This document shows, piece by piece, positions 1 to 14,256 of a stretch of 64,000 nucleotides of DNA. The notes beneath the pieces are model-generated. The model was given only the letters and a program-made list of their open reading frames with translations, made no database searches and had not been told where the DNA came from. The number at the start of each line of letters is the position of its first letter. Within the stretch, counting starts at the first letter, position 1. The stretch comes from Camelus dromedarius. Lineage: Eukaryota. Location: positions 13,020,001 through 13,084,000 of the forward strand of contig NC_087447.1 of NCBI RefSeq assembly GCF_036321535.1. Reading direction: 5' to 3'. The position numbers and the translations under genes are program-made.

Positions 1-208
1 TATTATTTATGAGAATGCTTTGTATATTCTGGCTGCAAATTCTTTGTCAGGTATATGGTTTGCAAATAGTTTCTTCAGTTTAGCTAGCTAGCTAGCATCT
101 ATCTATACTACACAATAGTACATAGTAGTAATAATGATTTTATAAAATCATATAATGGTAATAAATGATTAGGGAAAACATTTCTCTCTGATTATCTTTT
201 ATTCATAC

Positions 209-662
209 TGCTTCAGTTATCTTTTGTGATACAAACACTATCCCAAAATGTCTTGGTTTAAAATAATAAACACTGGGCTATAGTCTACCTTTCTCACGTT
301 GACTGAGGAGGTCACGTAGTATGCGGGAGAGGCTGTGCTGTGCTGGACAGTCTCTACAATAGCACAAGCATAAAAACAACTAGAAGAGTTGGTTCAACTG
401 GTCCCCTTTCTCTGTCCATTTAGTCTCGTGGCCGTTCACATGGTCTACCCAGAAGATTAGTTGAAATTCTTACGTGGCAGCTCATGGCTTTCAGAAACTG
501 TCTTCATAAAAGCTAGACTCAATATACAATTTTCATACAAACTTCTGTGGTTATAGCCACTAAAGGCCAGTAACAGTTCAAAGAAGGTATAAGTAGTCAC
601 TATCTAAGGAAAATGTGTTAAAAAAAAAAAAAAAAGTACTGCCATCTTTATCAGCCCAAACT
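209..662 (-). mobile_element. Ancient MLT1-type (ERVL-MaLR) LTR
   Basis: Resembles remembered MLT1J/K consensus (ends gccatctttatcagccc); paralogous copies in units 2 and 3. Confidence 0.5.
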
Positions 663-1513
663 ATCATCAGCCTGTTGCAGAACTCTATTTTATATATCCC
701 AGGTTTTTTAATGTATAGCTTCTTAATTAATAGTTTAGGTAAATTAATGACTGTGTGTGTGTGATCTGTTGTTTTTTGCTGTGCACGTACTTAGCAAACC
801 CACTGAAGGAAGCAGCATTTGAACGGTGTGCATACAGTAAGGAGAGTGAAGACACACTTAGCATCCAGGTCACTAGGTCCAGGACCTTCGGAAGTACGCA
901 AATGAGACCAGATACCAAGATGATACCAAGGTTCGAGAAGTATGGAAAATGTATTGCCACCTCTTGGGAAGGATTTGGAGAGGGTATGGAAGTAAAACTT
1001 CCAGTATTTCTCAGTTTTGCAAAGAACTAATATAGATAACAGCAAGTTAAAATTATTTTTAGGAAAAAAAAAACAGCAGAACTCTGATTTTTTTAGAAAA
1101 AGTAATATCCATTCCAAAAATCATAAATGAATCATCCTTGCACATATGAGCTATCCTATTAGGGAAAAAAAAGTCCTTCATTCCAGTGTATTTCCATCCT
1201 TTTCCCATCACCCTCCATTTCTAGTAGCTTTAAATGCTTAACAATAAATATTTAGCAAGAATTATCTTTGTAAATCTTTTGTGCTAGGGACCTTGGAGAA
1301 TACCAAAAATAGACATTGATACTCCTAAAGCCTTAAATGTTGTAGAGATATTCTTTTATGAATAAAATAAACGTAAGTCAAGAAAAAGTGCATGAAGTGT
1401 AGAGAATGTGATAGAATCATAAAGTCAGTGACATGTCCCTGGATGGGATGTGGCTGGAGGACGGGAATAAGACAATGTTTGGTGGTGAAAATGGCATTGA
1501 AAAAAGAATAGTT

Positions 1514-1975
1514 ACAGCATCATTATTTGTCACATCCCAAAAGTGGAAACAACCCAAATGTTCATCCAATTGATGAATAGATCAAAAAAAGTTCATAAAT
1601 AAAATATGTTTTCAGCCCTAAAATGAAAAAATTTTGACACATGGAACAATATGGATGAAACTTGAAAATATTATGCTGAGTCAAAGAAAGATGACACACA
1701 CGAAACCACACATGCTTTATGATTTTGCATGTATGAGACGTCTGGGATAGGGAAACACATAAAGTAAGAATGTAAATTAGTGGTGACCAGGGGCTGAGAG
1801 AGGGGAGAAACAGGAGGGATTGCTAACCAGCATGGGTCCCTAACTGGAGTGATGAAAATGTTCTGGAATTGGATAGCCCTGATGGCTGTAAAACCTTGAA
1901 AACATACTAAAAAAAAAAAAAAAGTATACATGTTCAAAGGATGAATTTTATAGCATATCTATTATATTAAAAAAT
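1514..1975 (+). mobile_element. L1MB-type LINE-1 3' end
   Basis: aaaagtggaaacaacccaaatg...ggatgaaacttgaaaatattatgctgagt...gtgatgaaaatgttctggaatt, with an A-rich end. Confidence 0.75.
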
Positions 1976-2246
1976 AATAATACTGAAGGGAAATAATACT
2001 GATAAATATGGTGATGAAGGAGAATGTCTCAAAAACAGAAGGAACAAAATAAATACTACTAAAGTGCTGGAAATGATGGAGCAAGGTTCTACTGGAATTT
2101 CATTCGATTTCTGCTTTGACCAGAGAAGGAGATAACTGCGAAGCGTATTATAAAAATCATTTGCAGTTTCCCTTCCCTGTGATCATAATGGTTACCAGAG
2201 TAACCATTTAGGAAAAGCACAGCTTTTCCTAAAGTTGTCTCTGTAA

Positions 2247-2411
2247 TCCTGGGGGAATATACAGAACCCGAAATATAATTAACGACATGTTTGTATAACA
2301 ACAAACCATAAAGGCAGTACCTTCAGGGACTGAAGTCCCAAAAGTAGCCGGTAAAATAAAATGCCACCCGCCCGCTGTTCAGCGACCCAGACCTCCTCAT
2401 CTCAGGTAGGT
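2247..2411 (+). promoter_or_regulatory. OR promoter module and first non-coding exon of gene 1
   Basis: EBF(O/E)-like TCCTGGGGGA 2247-2256, homeodomain TAATTA 2276-2281, ATAAAA at about 2356, donor CAG|GTAGGT at 2406. Confidence 0.6.
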
Positions 2412-2927
2412 TCCTGAGTCTCCAGATTTAAATACTATAGGAGGGGAAAAAAAAGCTTACCTTTTTAGAAAAAAAAAAAAAAAGTGAGAGATTTATAAAT
2501 GAATCATTGATGCCTGCTTACTCCAGTTAACAAACACTGCAGTTGGAGAGTCACAAAGGACACCGTCTACTCAGAGCTGAAACACTTCGATTTATTAGTA
2601 TCTGCAAAATTACATTGAAATAATTATTCTCATCTAGTTTACTGTGAAGACTTTGCTCCTGTTCTCACTGGGTAAGTATCAGTGCAAGTTTAAGGGGTCT
2701 TGCTGTTGTTGATTTAATTCAAAAGTTGTTGAGGTTCCACATTACAAGTAACAATGTGTGAAAATCAGACCATCATGGGAACCACAGGCCCTGTTTATTT
2801 AAGTACAAAAATATATCTGTCACCTAATATTCCAATTCTTGTACATCCGCAGAGACATACACACGTGTAAGCATATAGCACACACATAAATACACAAAAC
2901 CACAAGTGTGAGAAGCCTATCTACTTC

Positions 2928-3057
2928 TTTTGTTTTTTAAATTTTATTATTGGGGGTAATTAGGCTTATTTATTTATTTTAATGGAGGTACCAGAGATTG
3001 AACCCAGGATCTCCTGCACGCTAAACACATGCTGTACCACTGAGCTAGACCCTCCCC
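2928..3057 (-). mobile_element. tRNA-derived SINE, Vic-1-like (camelid)
   Basis: The reverse complement starts ggggagggtctagctcagtggtacagcatgtg...ctgggttcaatctctggtacctcc (A and B boxes), followed by an A-rich tail. Absent from units 2 and 3. Confidence 0.8.
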
Positions 3058-3896
3058 TTATTTCAGAAGCATTTACTATCCATCATCCCATTTTCATTTA
3101 ATAGCATAAAAGTGCTTTTAAAATCCAAAGACATGTAAAATTACGTGCTAAACAAGGTTGTTTTCTCTTCTATTTAGCGTTTTCCTTCAACAAGTCAAGA
3201 GATTCATCTTTTGGCATCAGACAGTTCGTGCAAATAGATAATGGGTATTGTGGCAAAACAGTAATAAATGTCTAGAGAAAAGGTTGGTAGTTCTTATTTA
3301 ATGTTTCACCAAATGCTGAACACAACATAAACCAAAACCAGGAAAGATCATTACTTTCATTATGATTAGTCAATGATACGCGCATTGTCTCTGCATCTAA
3401 TACCGGCACTCAAACCAATTACGTTTTTGAGAGACAAGAATATTGTGATCACTTTCTGTATGCATCTGAATATTTTCAAGCACAGAAAATGCTCAGAGCA
3501 GCGTCTTACAGCCTGATAGGTCTCATGCTGGTGTCTCTTCCCTATTGTTTTGAAGAGAAGAAGAGAAACAAATTTATCCAAACCTACTCCATGAAATAAG
3601 GAAATTAAGACTCCGAGAAGGGCTTGTAGAAAGTAACACACCTCATGAATGACATGCAGATTTAGATCTCAGTTTCCCTACTGTCTACCCGGGACAGTTT
3701 TAATTAGCATTGACTAGACAGCAATGCCTCTTTAACGCACGGGTGCAGGGCTGGGTAATTCCCTGTGTACGAAAAGACAATTACACAAAGAACTCATGTT
3801 CTACTTCACGATATTGTGCAGATGTCTGGAAATGTTACACATACATGTATCATTTTCTTAGAATTTTCTCAAATGCTTGGACAAGAACCTTGAAGA

Positions 3897-4829
3897 ATGG
3901 ATAGAGGGAATTGCTCGTCCTTGACTGAATTCATTTTCTTGGGAGTCACTGACAACACTAAAAACAAAGTGACCCTATTCACCATGTTTCTACTTGTTTA
4001 TCTCATTAGTCTCCTGGCCAATCTTGGAATGATCATCCTAATTAGACTGGATTCCCAGCTGCACACACCCATGTACTTTTTCCTCAGCCACCTCTCTTTC
4101 TGTGACCTCGGCTATTCCACAGCAATTGGCCCCAAGATGCTGGTGGACCTATTTGCCAAGAACAGATCAATCCCCTTCCTTGGCTGTGCCCTGCAGTTCT
4201 TGGTCTTCTGCATCTTTACAGATTCTGAGTGTCTCCTGCTGGCAGTGATGGCCTATGACCGGTACAAGGCCATCAGCAACCCCCTGCTCTACACAGTCAG
4301 CATGTCCAGCAGAGTGTGCTCCCTGCTCGTGGCGGGGGTGTACCTGGTGGGGATGGCGGATGCTTTGATACACACGACGTTAGCCTTCCGCTTATGTTTC
4401 TGTGGCTCAAATGAGATTAACCATTTCTTCTGTGATGTTCCTCCTCTCCTACTGCTATCTTGCTCAGATACACAGGTCAATGAGTTAGTGATATTCACCG
4501 TTTTTGGCTTCATTGAACTGAGTACCATTTCAGGAGTCCTTGTTTCTTACTGTTATATTATCCTATCAGTGTTGAAGATCCACTCTGCTGAGGGGAGGCG
4601 CAAAGCTTTCTGCACCTGCACCTCCCACTTAACTGCTGTGGCCATTTTCCAGGGGACTCTGCTCTTTATGTATTTCCGGCCGAGTTCTTCCTACTCTTTG
4701 GATCAAGACAAAATGATCTCACTGTTTTACACCCTTGTGATTCCCATGTTAAACCCTCTAATTTATAGTCTCCGGAACAAGGATGTAAGAGAGGCTCTGA
4801 AAAAACTGAAAAATGAAAGGTGGTTTTAA
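3897..4829 (+). CDS. OR5W2: Olfactory receptor, family 5 subfamily W (OR5W2-like), gene 1, 310 aa, intact
   Basis: Intronless ORF with OR motifs [45 protein letters not shown]. The diagnostic [12 protein letters not shown] and [11 protein letters not shown] match human OR5W2 as I recall it. Orthology is many-to-one. Confidence 0.95.
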   Translation: MDRGNCSSLTEFIFLGVTDNTKNKVTLFTMFLLVYLISLLANLGMIILIRLDSQLHTPMYFFLSHLSFCDLGYSTAIGPKMLVDLFAKNRSIPFLGCALQFLVFCIFTDSECLLLAVMAYDRYKAISNPLLYTVSMSSRVCSLLVAGVYLVGMADALIHTTLAFRLCFCGSNEINHFFCDVPPLLLLSCSDTQVNELVIFTVFGFIELSTISGVLVSYCYIILSVLKIHSAEGRRKAFCTCTSHLTAVAIFQGTLLFMYFRPSSSYSLDQDKMISLFYTLVIPMLNPLIYSLRNKDVREALKKLKNERWF

Positions 4830-5489
4830 AGGTGTGAACTATACACACACATTGTTTGTTGTTTTTGTAAAATCATATTGCATGATACAAAGTGAGGTTG
4901 TCTTAAATACTTTAAATTAATGAATATTTGTTATAAAGCCCGATTTTAAGAAATGTTACAGTTCCCAAACAGAGCGTTCTTCATTATATGTCTACAATTT
5001 AAATAAGACACTTCCTCTTCGTTGAAAACTTTTCAGGAGTTTGGTAATTTTGCTAAAATTCATTGTTCATTCTTTCATTCAAACAATATTTCAATTACCC
5101 AGATACATATTGTGGGTTTACTAGGAGATCTTTGAACTTTAGGTCATTTATAGTCTATGATACACAATGTAGTTTTCATACTAATGAATAAAAGATAGTG
5201 CTAATAACAAGCATTAATTAACTAAACAGCCAAATAAGTCATAATAAGTCTCAAAGTCATCATGAAATTAAAAAAAAAAACAAACAAACAAACATGAGAG
5301 CTGTGAATCCAAAGTAAAATTTCTAAAACTAATGAAAAAGAACAGACTTTTTGGATAGAGATATTCAATCTTAAATCTAAAGAAGTTTCAAACTGGGACA
5401 TAAAAGCTATAGTAGGCATTGGATCTGACAATTAGGCAAGTCCTGAGTCAGATAAGCCCAAGTCTTTCAGGAAGAAAGAGGCCATGTTT

Positions 5490-5880
5490 GCCCCAACAGG
5501 GAGGAGCCGTGGGCACTGTGCTAAATGAAGTACGTCAGACAGAGGAAGAGAAGCACTGTCCGGTCTCATGTATCATTTGATTCTAATACAGACTCAGAGA
5601 GAGTGCACACACTTCCTGTTATATGATTAATATGTTCCGGTGATCTAATGGACATGTGACTCTAGTTAACAACGATTTATTAAAATTTGCTAAGAGTAGA
5701 TCTTACATGTTCTCATCACACACACACTAAAAAGGGTAACTATGTGAAGTAAAAAAAATGTGCTAAGTAATCTTATTGTGGAAATCATTTCATAATGTAT
5801 ACATTTATCACATCATCACATTGTATATCTTATAGATCATTTGTCAATTTTATGTGAATAAAGCCAGGAACAAAAGAAGA
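5490..5880 (+). mobile_element. L1MA9/10-type 3' end
   Basis: aaatttgctaagagtagatctta...aatcatttcataatgtatac...tgaataaagc; paralog at 14905-15390. Confidence 0.7.
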
Positions 5881-6266
5881 AAGGCTTCAAAGTTGAGGTT
5901 AGAAGGGCCAATGGAAGGCTCCTGGTAAATTCCTCTTTGCGTGTAATTACCAACTATTAATTCTTCTGTCACTTCCCCCAAGATAACTGCCTTCCCTTCT
6001 TTCCCCTTCTCAGCCTTGGTTGAATGTCCCTCTTTGTCTCTTTCTGTTTCACAACCATCTACTTAAAGCATTGTATCAGCCTTTTTGTGAGCATGCTTTG
6101 CAAAAGGGCTGAGCATTCCATCCCTGTTTCCAAAACACTGCATGTGGTCTGGGAAACAATGGGAAAAAAATCAAATACAGAATAAACTGAAAACACCAGA
6201 TAATACTTTTGAGTGATTGTAACTCATGAACACAATATTAAGACTGATGGTATACCTTAAAGTTAC

Positions 6267-6273
<7 letters not shown>

Positions 6274-6326
<53 letters not shown>
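6274..6326. repeat. (TA)n microsatellite
   Basis: Perfect TA run of about 26 units. Confidence 0.98.
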
Positions 6327-6329
<3 letters not shown>

Positions 6330-8099
6330 ATATAATACAGCATATAAATAGTATGCATATACACAACAGTTTTTGGGATTGTACATAAAGTGATGGAGAC
6401 CCTAAAATAAAGGATCTGTAAAGATATGCACATTAATTACAAACGAGTAAAGAGGTGTGTATTTTTGGTATTTTATTATTTGATCAGAATTTAATCTTGT
6501 TTCCTGAAGGCTAAAGCACTCAATCTGTTTGTTGAGGAAGTGTGGACGTGGCCATATATTTGAAAAATCACGTAAGACTGAAGGACATTAATTACCCATC
6601 ACAATTGTAAAAGCTAAAAGCCACTGAAGGCCTTAGGTTTTCCAGCTGCCACTGTGAAACGTCCTTACGTGGAAATATTTTGTAATGAGAATAAAGCCTA
6701 AGAAAGTCCTGTGTCATTCAGGGTGGTATTTGTGAGACACTGTGACATATTTGGGAAAGATTTTATGGTGGAAAAAAACCTACAAAGAATTCTTGTTTTA
6801 GATAAAAGTTGTTAAAAGTCTCTCTCCAGCACATTTCATCAATTCTCCCAAACTCTTTAGGAACTGTGGCTTATGAGCAACTATAACACGGCAGAAGAGC
6901 ACTGTCTGAAACATACTGAAGTCCAAGCAAAATAGGCTGTGAAGAGATTGCCATGAATTTAAAGATTATAACATGTTATTCAATTAACCATTTCCATCAT
7001 ATAAATGACATTTACTACATCAAAGACTGATTTGATCTAAATATTGGCCCATTTTATTACATCTAGTTGTAAGCTGCAAAAAGCCAGTCATGGAAGTATT
7101 TTTAAGGAATTCATAACTCAAATAAAAGTTTGAGCAGGTATGTGTAATAACTACTCTATCTTGGGATTCTACAAAACAGGAAATCCACACTAAAGACTTG
7201 GATGCTTTCTAACCTGCCTACTTCACTCCTCATTAGCATTAGTGTCTCCACATCCCATCCTTCTCATACACCCACCCCTGTCTGATGGCAAATACTGTCC
7301 AAATGCAACATCACCAATGACCTTGTGTAGTGGGTTCATGCTACAGGCAAGTTCCTATATCCTGACCTCTTCCTACACCCTTCCCATTGAAATACTTAAG
7401 TACAAATACAGCATAACAATGGTAGATGTGAGTCTATATCTAAGGCAGAGAACAGAGTGATATAACAAGGTTAATAGGCTGTGTAACTATTTTTTGTGGA
7501 AAACAGGGTAGCAAGGATTTTCAATAACCCACTAGGTAGGAAGTTCTGTGCTAAAGTCAGAGACAGCGACATTTAACCTCCCTGGACATCTCTCTCTTTA
7601 GAACCGTGCTGGGAACGAGGTAGCACGGCCACTCTAAATTTAACTCATCCCTCTTCCTTTCTATCTCTCAGATTCCCCCAAGTGAAATAGAAACTTGTCA
7701 ACCACATTGTCTGTTTCCTTCCAGCTGACACAATCTGTCCCTATAAAATATGACTCTACTGCTGTGTAAATACATCCAGGCATTGGAAACGGTATGAAAA
7801 ATGTAAAAAAAAAAAAAAAAAAAGTCACTTCATTCTCAAAGAACACAATGTGCTTTCATCTAGGCTGTGTTAACTTGAAGCAGTGTTGCCGGGAACCCTT
7901 CTTGATAGTATGCTTCAGAAAGTCAATCCCCCTTATACGTGATCCTTTTGAGTGGCCTATTATTCAAATTCAGAATCTTACAAACTCTCATAGAGGTGAA
8001 TTATCAACTTTATTAGCACTGCAGCAAAGAAAACTTAAATAAAATGTTATTAGTAAATAAAAGTAGTATTATGACTCATCTAAAGAATGGCAGGTTGTA

Positions 8100-8960
8100 A
8101 ATAATTGAATTATCAGTTGTTGGTGACGATGCGGAACCACCATGGCTTTTACACTTTAACACTAGAATGAGATTTGTCACTACATTTTGTAAAACTCTAA
8201 GCTGAGTTCACTAGAGCTGGACATATAAATACCGTCTGACTCAAAAATGCCATTGTTAGAATTAAACCCAAGAGAACTGAGTGATTATGACCACCCAAGG
8301 ACATGCACAAACGTATCCTCCATTGCATTATTTGCGATGATATAGACCTGGAAACAACTCAGATTTTTTCAACACATTAGATCAAGACTTGACAAACTTT
8401 TCCTTAATGTGTTAAACAGTGTATATGTTAGGGTTTTTAGCTTATAAACTCTGTCACATCCTCTGCTGTTTGCCCTGTGTCACAAAAGCAGCCATGAATA
8501 TTATGTAAACAAATGGTGTGTCCCAGCTCCAGGAAAGTTTATGGGTCACTATTACTGATCACGTCTCTAAATTAAATAACTACATGTGAAGTTTGTACCT
8601 AGGAAATCTACAGAACAATGAGGATGAATGAACTGCTTTGACATACAAGAGTATAGAGAAATTTCAGAAAAGAAATTTTTTGTATATGACTTCTTTAAAA
8701 ATATAAAAGATGTATGATTTTACTACAATATACCTCAAAAAATTTACAAACTAACATATCATATTAGACATCCATTTGTGATGGGTGTGGGAGTAATTTC
8801 TGAGATGATTATAATCGTCTTTCTTTGATCTGGTTCTGGGTGCAGGAATCTTTTCATTCATGAAAATTTTCTTGCAGTGTACTTTTACAGATGAAAGGTT
8901 TCTGTATGGGTATTACACTCAAAAAAGGGTTTCTAAAAACTAAGTATATTCACTATTGGG
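8100..8960 (+). mobile_element. Old L1M 3' fragment interrupted by MER58A
   Basis: Degenerate L1 ORF2-end/3'UTR motifs (ccattgttagaattaaacccaagagaact, acctggaaacaactc). Confidence 0.5.
8383..8545 (-). mobile_element. MER58A-like hAT-Charlie DNA transposon
   Basis: gacaaacttttcc...aaaagcagccatgaatattatgtaaacaaatggtgtg matches the remembered MER58A reverse strand. Confidence 0.65.
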
Positions 8961-10065
8961 GTGTAAGCAACTGTTAATTTTTTTTAATCTAATAGTTTCC
9001 TGTACCAGATTAAGTATTGATTATATATTTGTGAAATTGGTGTAGTGCATCATTTCATAGAATGTCTCAGTACATAATTAACCTATGTAATAGGATCCAA
9101 AATCCATAATTTTTGGATGAGGGTAGATTGAATGGATGTTAGTCCACAGGGTCTTGAGGAGAAGCACTGTTAAAAACGGAAAGCTAGGTTCCGGCTAAAC
9201 AAAATGCAACTCAAATGGATTTCTGAGTCTCAGAAGACAGAGAAGTTCATGAGGGAAAAATAACTTTGGATGGGAATAGAATTAGGTGACCAAGGATAAT
9301 TCTACATACACCAAATTTGTACCAGAGAGGTAAATAATGATAGTGAAAGTTTGTTGTAACACAAATGCATCAGTTTCTCGATTTTAACTGGTGGAAACTT
9401 ATTATCAATGGGTTATGTATTTTGAGCTTTGCCTCAACAATATCACCATAGGAGTACATTTATTTTAGTTTTGGGAAGATCACTGGGATGATCACATCAA
9501 GAATGGCAATGATATGTAAAAAGACATTGAAAATTGTCATTGACAATCATTTAGACAAAATTTAAAATGTAATGTTATATTAATTTTAGCTTGATGAGTT
9601 TCCTAGTTTTACAGAAAAAAAGGTAGGAAAAAACAAGAAACAAATAAAAGAAATAATCAGAAAAATAACCAAAACAAATAAGAAGAAAACCTGTGTCCCT
9701 GTTAAATCCTAAGCAGATACAGATGAAACAGGAAATTATGTATAGTAACTATTTTTAATTTTAGTTCATTTAACAGATGTTGTCACTTTATTGTCATTAT
9801 CCAAATAACTAAGGATGCTGTGCAAGTTTTTACACATCAACTTACTGTTTATACATCTTCTTGATGAGAGTATTTGTTTAATTACTTTGTATAATTTTTA
9901 TTAAGTTGTTTATTTTCTTATAATTGATGAGAGCTCCTCATATATTTGGGGGACAAGATATATGGTTTTCAAATATTTTCTTCACTCTTTGGGTTATATA
10001 CGTAACAGTTAAAAAAAAACAAAACTCCTGAACATAGTTTCTCTGATGTATTTACCTACACTGTT

Positions 10066-10517
10066 CCAGTTTTCTCTTGCCATGTAAATAGTACTCCAAA
10101 ACAGCATAACTTAAAATAATGACCCCTGACTCAGAAATTTTTCACTTCCTCACGTGGACTGAGGTAGAGTACTCAGTGGAAAGATGGGCTCGACTGTCAG
10201 GTGACTCAGGTCTGGCACAGGATGAGGGTAGGTAGACAGATGGACTCAGATTCTCCCCTTCTCCCTCCATGGAATCTCAGAACCCATCACATGATATGTG
10301 TTCCGATGGTTAGCTGGATTTCCTACATGGTAGCACATGGCCTTCAGACACTGTCTTCTTCAAAGCTAGATAGACTCAGAAGGGACTTAATAATGGTTCT
10401 GCCAATTTCTGTTGGTCAAAGCAGGTAAAGTATGGCAAGTATTCAAGGGAGGAGAAATAGGCACTGTCTCTCTAAGGAAAAATGTGTAAATAGCGTACAG
10501 TTATCTTTAAGCTGCCC
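10066..10517 (-). mobile_element. MLT1-type LTR, unit 2 copy
   Basis: Paralog of 209-662. Confidence 0.5.
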
Positions 10518-11319
10518 TGTCATTAGCCCATTGTAGAGCTCTGTAATTACTAATTTCAGATTGGTTTATTCCAGCTTTTAATATTCTAATTAAATTCATG
10601 AGCATGAGCACAATCTTTTTTAGTTTTGTTGTGCATATACTTACAAAGCCAGTGAAAGAAGCAGTACTTGAACAGTGCACATATAGAAGGGAGAGTGACA
10701 GACATTTTAATCCTTTAGGTCATGGTGAAGGAGGATTTGCTCTGAGGTCTTGGGGAGTAGCCCAGTCTCACCAGATACCAAGATGGCAGACCGAAGTTTG
10801 AGGAGCGTGGAGAATTCCACTGCTAGCTGTTGGGAAGATTAGAAGACACAAAACGGTGTTTCTAATGTTTCTTGATTTTGTATAGAACTAACATGGATAA
10901 CGGCAAACAAAATATTTTGAGGAAAAAAATGGAACTCTGATGATTTAGAAAAATCCTCACCCATGCAGTTTTTTAAATGAGTCATCTATGCACATATGAG
11001 CTATCTCCATAGAAAAATCCCCAAATTGAGTACATTCTATTCTTTGTACATCATTCTCCTTTTTAATAGACAGAAATACTTAACAATAAATATTTATAAA
11101 GCACTACCTTTTCAAAGCTTGTACCAAGGAGGCCTGCAATGTAGTAAAGAGATTCTGCGATGAAAAAAATTAACATAATTAAGAAAAGATTGCATTATTT
11201 AGAGAATGAGAGGGAGTCACAAAGTAAATGAAATGTTTATGGATGGTGTACGGTGGAAGGATGGGAATGAGATGACGTTTGGTGATGAAAGGTAACGTTG
11301 AAATGAACGTCATAGCGTG

Positions 11320-11655
11320 ATTATTTACAGCAGCTAAAGAGTAGAAGCAACCCAGTGTTCATCCAAGTGAATCAATAAAATGTGCTATATCCATAAAATG
11401 AAAGGTTATTGCATCATTTAATGAAACAAAATTCTGGTATGTGCAACAACATAAAGGAAAGTTGATAACATTTTACTGAATAAAAGAAGCCTGATTGGGA
11501 AAAACAAACAAAAAACAAACAAACAAACCCAAAAAGCCAACCAAACAAAACCCTTATATTGCATGATTCTGTTTATGTGCAATGGCTAGAATAGGAAACC
11601 GCATAGATCAGAATGTGGGTAAGTAGCTGTCAGGGCTGGGCTGGGGGAGTTGGGG
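11320..11655 (+). mobile_element. L1MB-type 3' fragment, unit 2 copy
   Basis: Paralog of 1514-1975, truncated. Confidence 0.65.
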
Positions 11656-11875
11656 AGAGGGAAGGAGAATTTTTCAAAAACACAGTGAATGATCCAAAGG
11701 AGCTGGGAAGATTATATCTGAGTGCCATTAGGTGTCTTCTTTGAGTTGAGAAGGAGATAGTTTCAGGGTCACTGTGAAACATACCATAAGAACAAACTGC
11801 AGTTTTCCCACTATAAATAAATTTGGTGACAACAGTGAAGCATAAAAGCTCAGCCTTGGGTAAGTTGTTCTGAAT

Positions 11876-12042
11876 TCACGGGGGACTATCCAGAAGCAGA
11901 AATATAATTAATGAAGTGTCTGCATAACACCAAAGCCTAAGGGCAGCAGTGTCTTCAGAGATTTAAGTCCCAGTGTGCCTGCTACAATAAAGTGCCACCT
12001 GCCTGTTGTTGGCCTACCCAGACCTCCTCATCTCAGGTAGGA
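11876..12042 (+). promoter_or_regulatory. OR promoter module and first non-coding exon of gene 2
   Basis: TCACGGGGGA 11876-11885, TAATTA 11905-11910, donor CAG|GTAGG at 12037. Confidence 0.6.
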
Positions 12043-13323
12043 TTCAAGGTCCTATTTTAAAGAATATAGGAGAAAAAAAACTAATTTTTTGAGGAAAAAA
12101 ATTGGTAAATGATGAATTTTTTTGCCGGATTACTCATTAATATCTGCACTTAATGGCTCAAAATATTTCCTTCTCAGAACAGGAACATCCACCATCTAAC
12201 CTTTTACTTATTTTATTTTGTTGTTGGTTCACAGGAAAGCTTTCATTCCTTGTATCATTGGGTAAGTATGTCCATGAATTAAGGTGTGTTTTGTTTTGTT
12301 TTATTGAAAAAAATTAATGAGGGAACCACATTAAAAATACAAATGTGCAAATTCATCTACATTTGAACCATATGCCGTATTTACTTAGGTCGAAGGAAAA
12401 TTTCCATTACTTGCGTTCTATCCTTATATACATCAAGAATATACGCACATGCAAACAGGGCACACAGATAAATACAAATACACATGAGAGAGAGAAATCT
12501 ACGTATTTTAACATCATTTATTGTCACTCATCTCATTTCATTTTATAGTATAAAAGGCCAGTTACAATCTAAAGTGAAGTAGATGTATGTGATAAATTCT
12601 ATTGTTTTCAATTCCTTTTAGCTCTTTTTCTTCCACTGGTCAAGAGACTCACCTCTGACAACAACCACTCCACAAAGAGGCAATGAATATGGTGGCAGAG
12701 CAATAATAAAATTTGAGGAAACAAGTCAATAATACTAATTTCCTGCCTCATCAAACAATAAACACAGCATAAACTAAAACTAGTAATAAAATAATTTTTT
12801 ATTATTGCTAGTCAGTGGTGTAGTCTCTGTTTCTGGAACTAAGACACAGATTTATAAACCAATTGTGTGTGTGTGTGTGTGTTGAAATATATAAAAATTG
12901 TTGTCTCTTTTTGTATTCCAGTAAGTATTTTCAAGCATGGACAATGTTTAGTCCTATACCTTACAGCTCAGTATCTCTAACATTGGTGTCTTTTCCATAT
13001 TATTTTGAAGAGGTGAAGAGACGTAAATTCATCCAAATCTCCTCGCTGAGATAAAGAAAATAAGACATGACATCTAGACGTCCAGATTTAGATCAGAGTT
13101 TCTCAGCTGTCTGTCCCAGACACTTCTACTTGTGTGGCATAGATAGCAATGCCTCTTTAAACAGTGTGTACAAGACTAGATAATTTTCTGAGCATGAAAA
13201 GACAATTTACACAAAGAAGTTGTGTTCTACTTGACGATATTGTGTAGATGTCCAGAAGTATTACACATACATCTATCATTTTTTGTATAACTTTCTCAAA
13301 AATTTGGACAAGAACCAAGAAGA

Positions 13324-14256
13324 ATGGATAGAGGGAATTGCTCGTCCTTGACTGAATTCATCTTCTTGGGAATCACTCATAACACTGAGAACAAAGTGAC
13401 CCTATTCTCCTTGCTTCTACTTGTTTATCTCATTAATCTTGGGGCCAATCTTGGAATGATTGTCCTAATTAGACTGGATTCCCAGCTGCACACACCCATG
13501 TACTTTTTCCTCAGCCACCTCTCTTTCTGTGACCTTGGCTATTCCACAGCAATTGGCCCCAAGATGCTGGCGGACCTATTTGCCAAGAACAAATCAATCC
13601 CCTTCCTTGGCTGTGCTCTGCAGTTCTTGGTCTTCTGTACCTTTGCAGATTCTGGGTGTCTCCTGCTGGCAGTGATGGCCTATGACCGGTACAAGGCCAT
13701 CAGCAACCCCCTGCTCTACACAGTCAGCATGTCCAGCAGAGTGTGCTCCCTGCTCGTGGCGGGGGTGTACCTGGTGGGGATGGCGGATGCTTTGATACAC
13801 ACGACATTAGCCTTCCGCTTATGTTTCTGTGGCTCAAATGAGATTAACCATTTCTTCTGTGATGTTCCTCCTCTCCTACTGCTATCTTGCTCAGATACAC
13901 ACGTCAATGAGTTAGCGATATTCACCATTTTTGGCTTCATTGAACTGAGCACCATTTCAGGAGTCCTTGCCTCTTACTGTTATATTATCCTATCAGCGTT
14001 GAAGATCCACTCTGCTGAGGGGAGGCGCAAAGCTTTCTGCACCTGCACCTCCCACCTAACTGCTGTGGCCATTTTCCAGGGGACTCTGCTCTTCACGTAT
14101 TTCCGGCCGAGTTCTTCCTACTCTTTAGATCAAGACAAAATTATCTCATTGTTTTACACCCTTGTGATTCCCATGTTAAACCCTCTGATTTACAGCCTAC
14201 GGAACAAAGATGTGATAGAGGCCTTAGAAAAATTGAAAAATAAAATATGGCTTTAA
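13324..14256 (+). CDS. OR5W2: Olfactory receptor OR5W2-like, gene 2, 310 aa, intact
   Basis: Paralog of gene 1 with all OR motifs; carries E111G in TM3. Confidence 0.95.
   Translation: MDRGNCSSLTEFIFLGITHNTENKVTLFSLLLLVYLINLGANLGMIVLIRLDSQLHTPMYFFLSHLSFCDLGYSTAIGPKMLADLFAKNKSIPFLGCALQFLVFCTFADSGCLLLAVMAYDRYKAISNPLLYTVSMSSRVCSLLVAGVYLVGMADALIHTTLAFRLCFCGSNEINHFFCDVPPLLLLSCSDTHVNELAIFTIFGFIELSTISGVLASYCYIILSALKIHSAEGRRKAFCTCTSHLTAVAIFQGTLLFTYFRPSSSYSLDQDKIISLFYTLVIPMLNPLIYSLRNKDVIEALEKLKNKIWL

Noticed and set aside
2985-3057. tRNA-like sequence with A and B boxes
   Set aside because: It lacks a clean cloverleaf and acceptor stem, is followed by an A-rich tail, and is unit-specific; it is the head of a SINE, not a tRNA gene.
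4167-4528. Antisense ORFs repeated inside each OR5W2-like gene ([10 protein letters not shown]..., MVLSSMKPK...)
   Set aside because: They are shadow frames of the OR CDS and recur only because the CDSs are paralogous and GC-rich; there is no independent coding signal.
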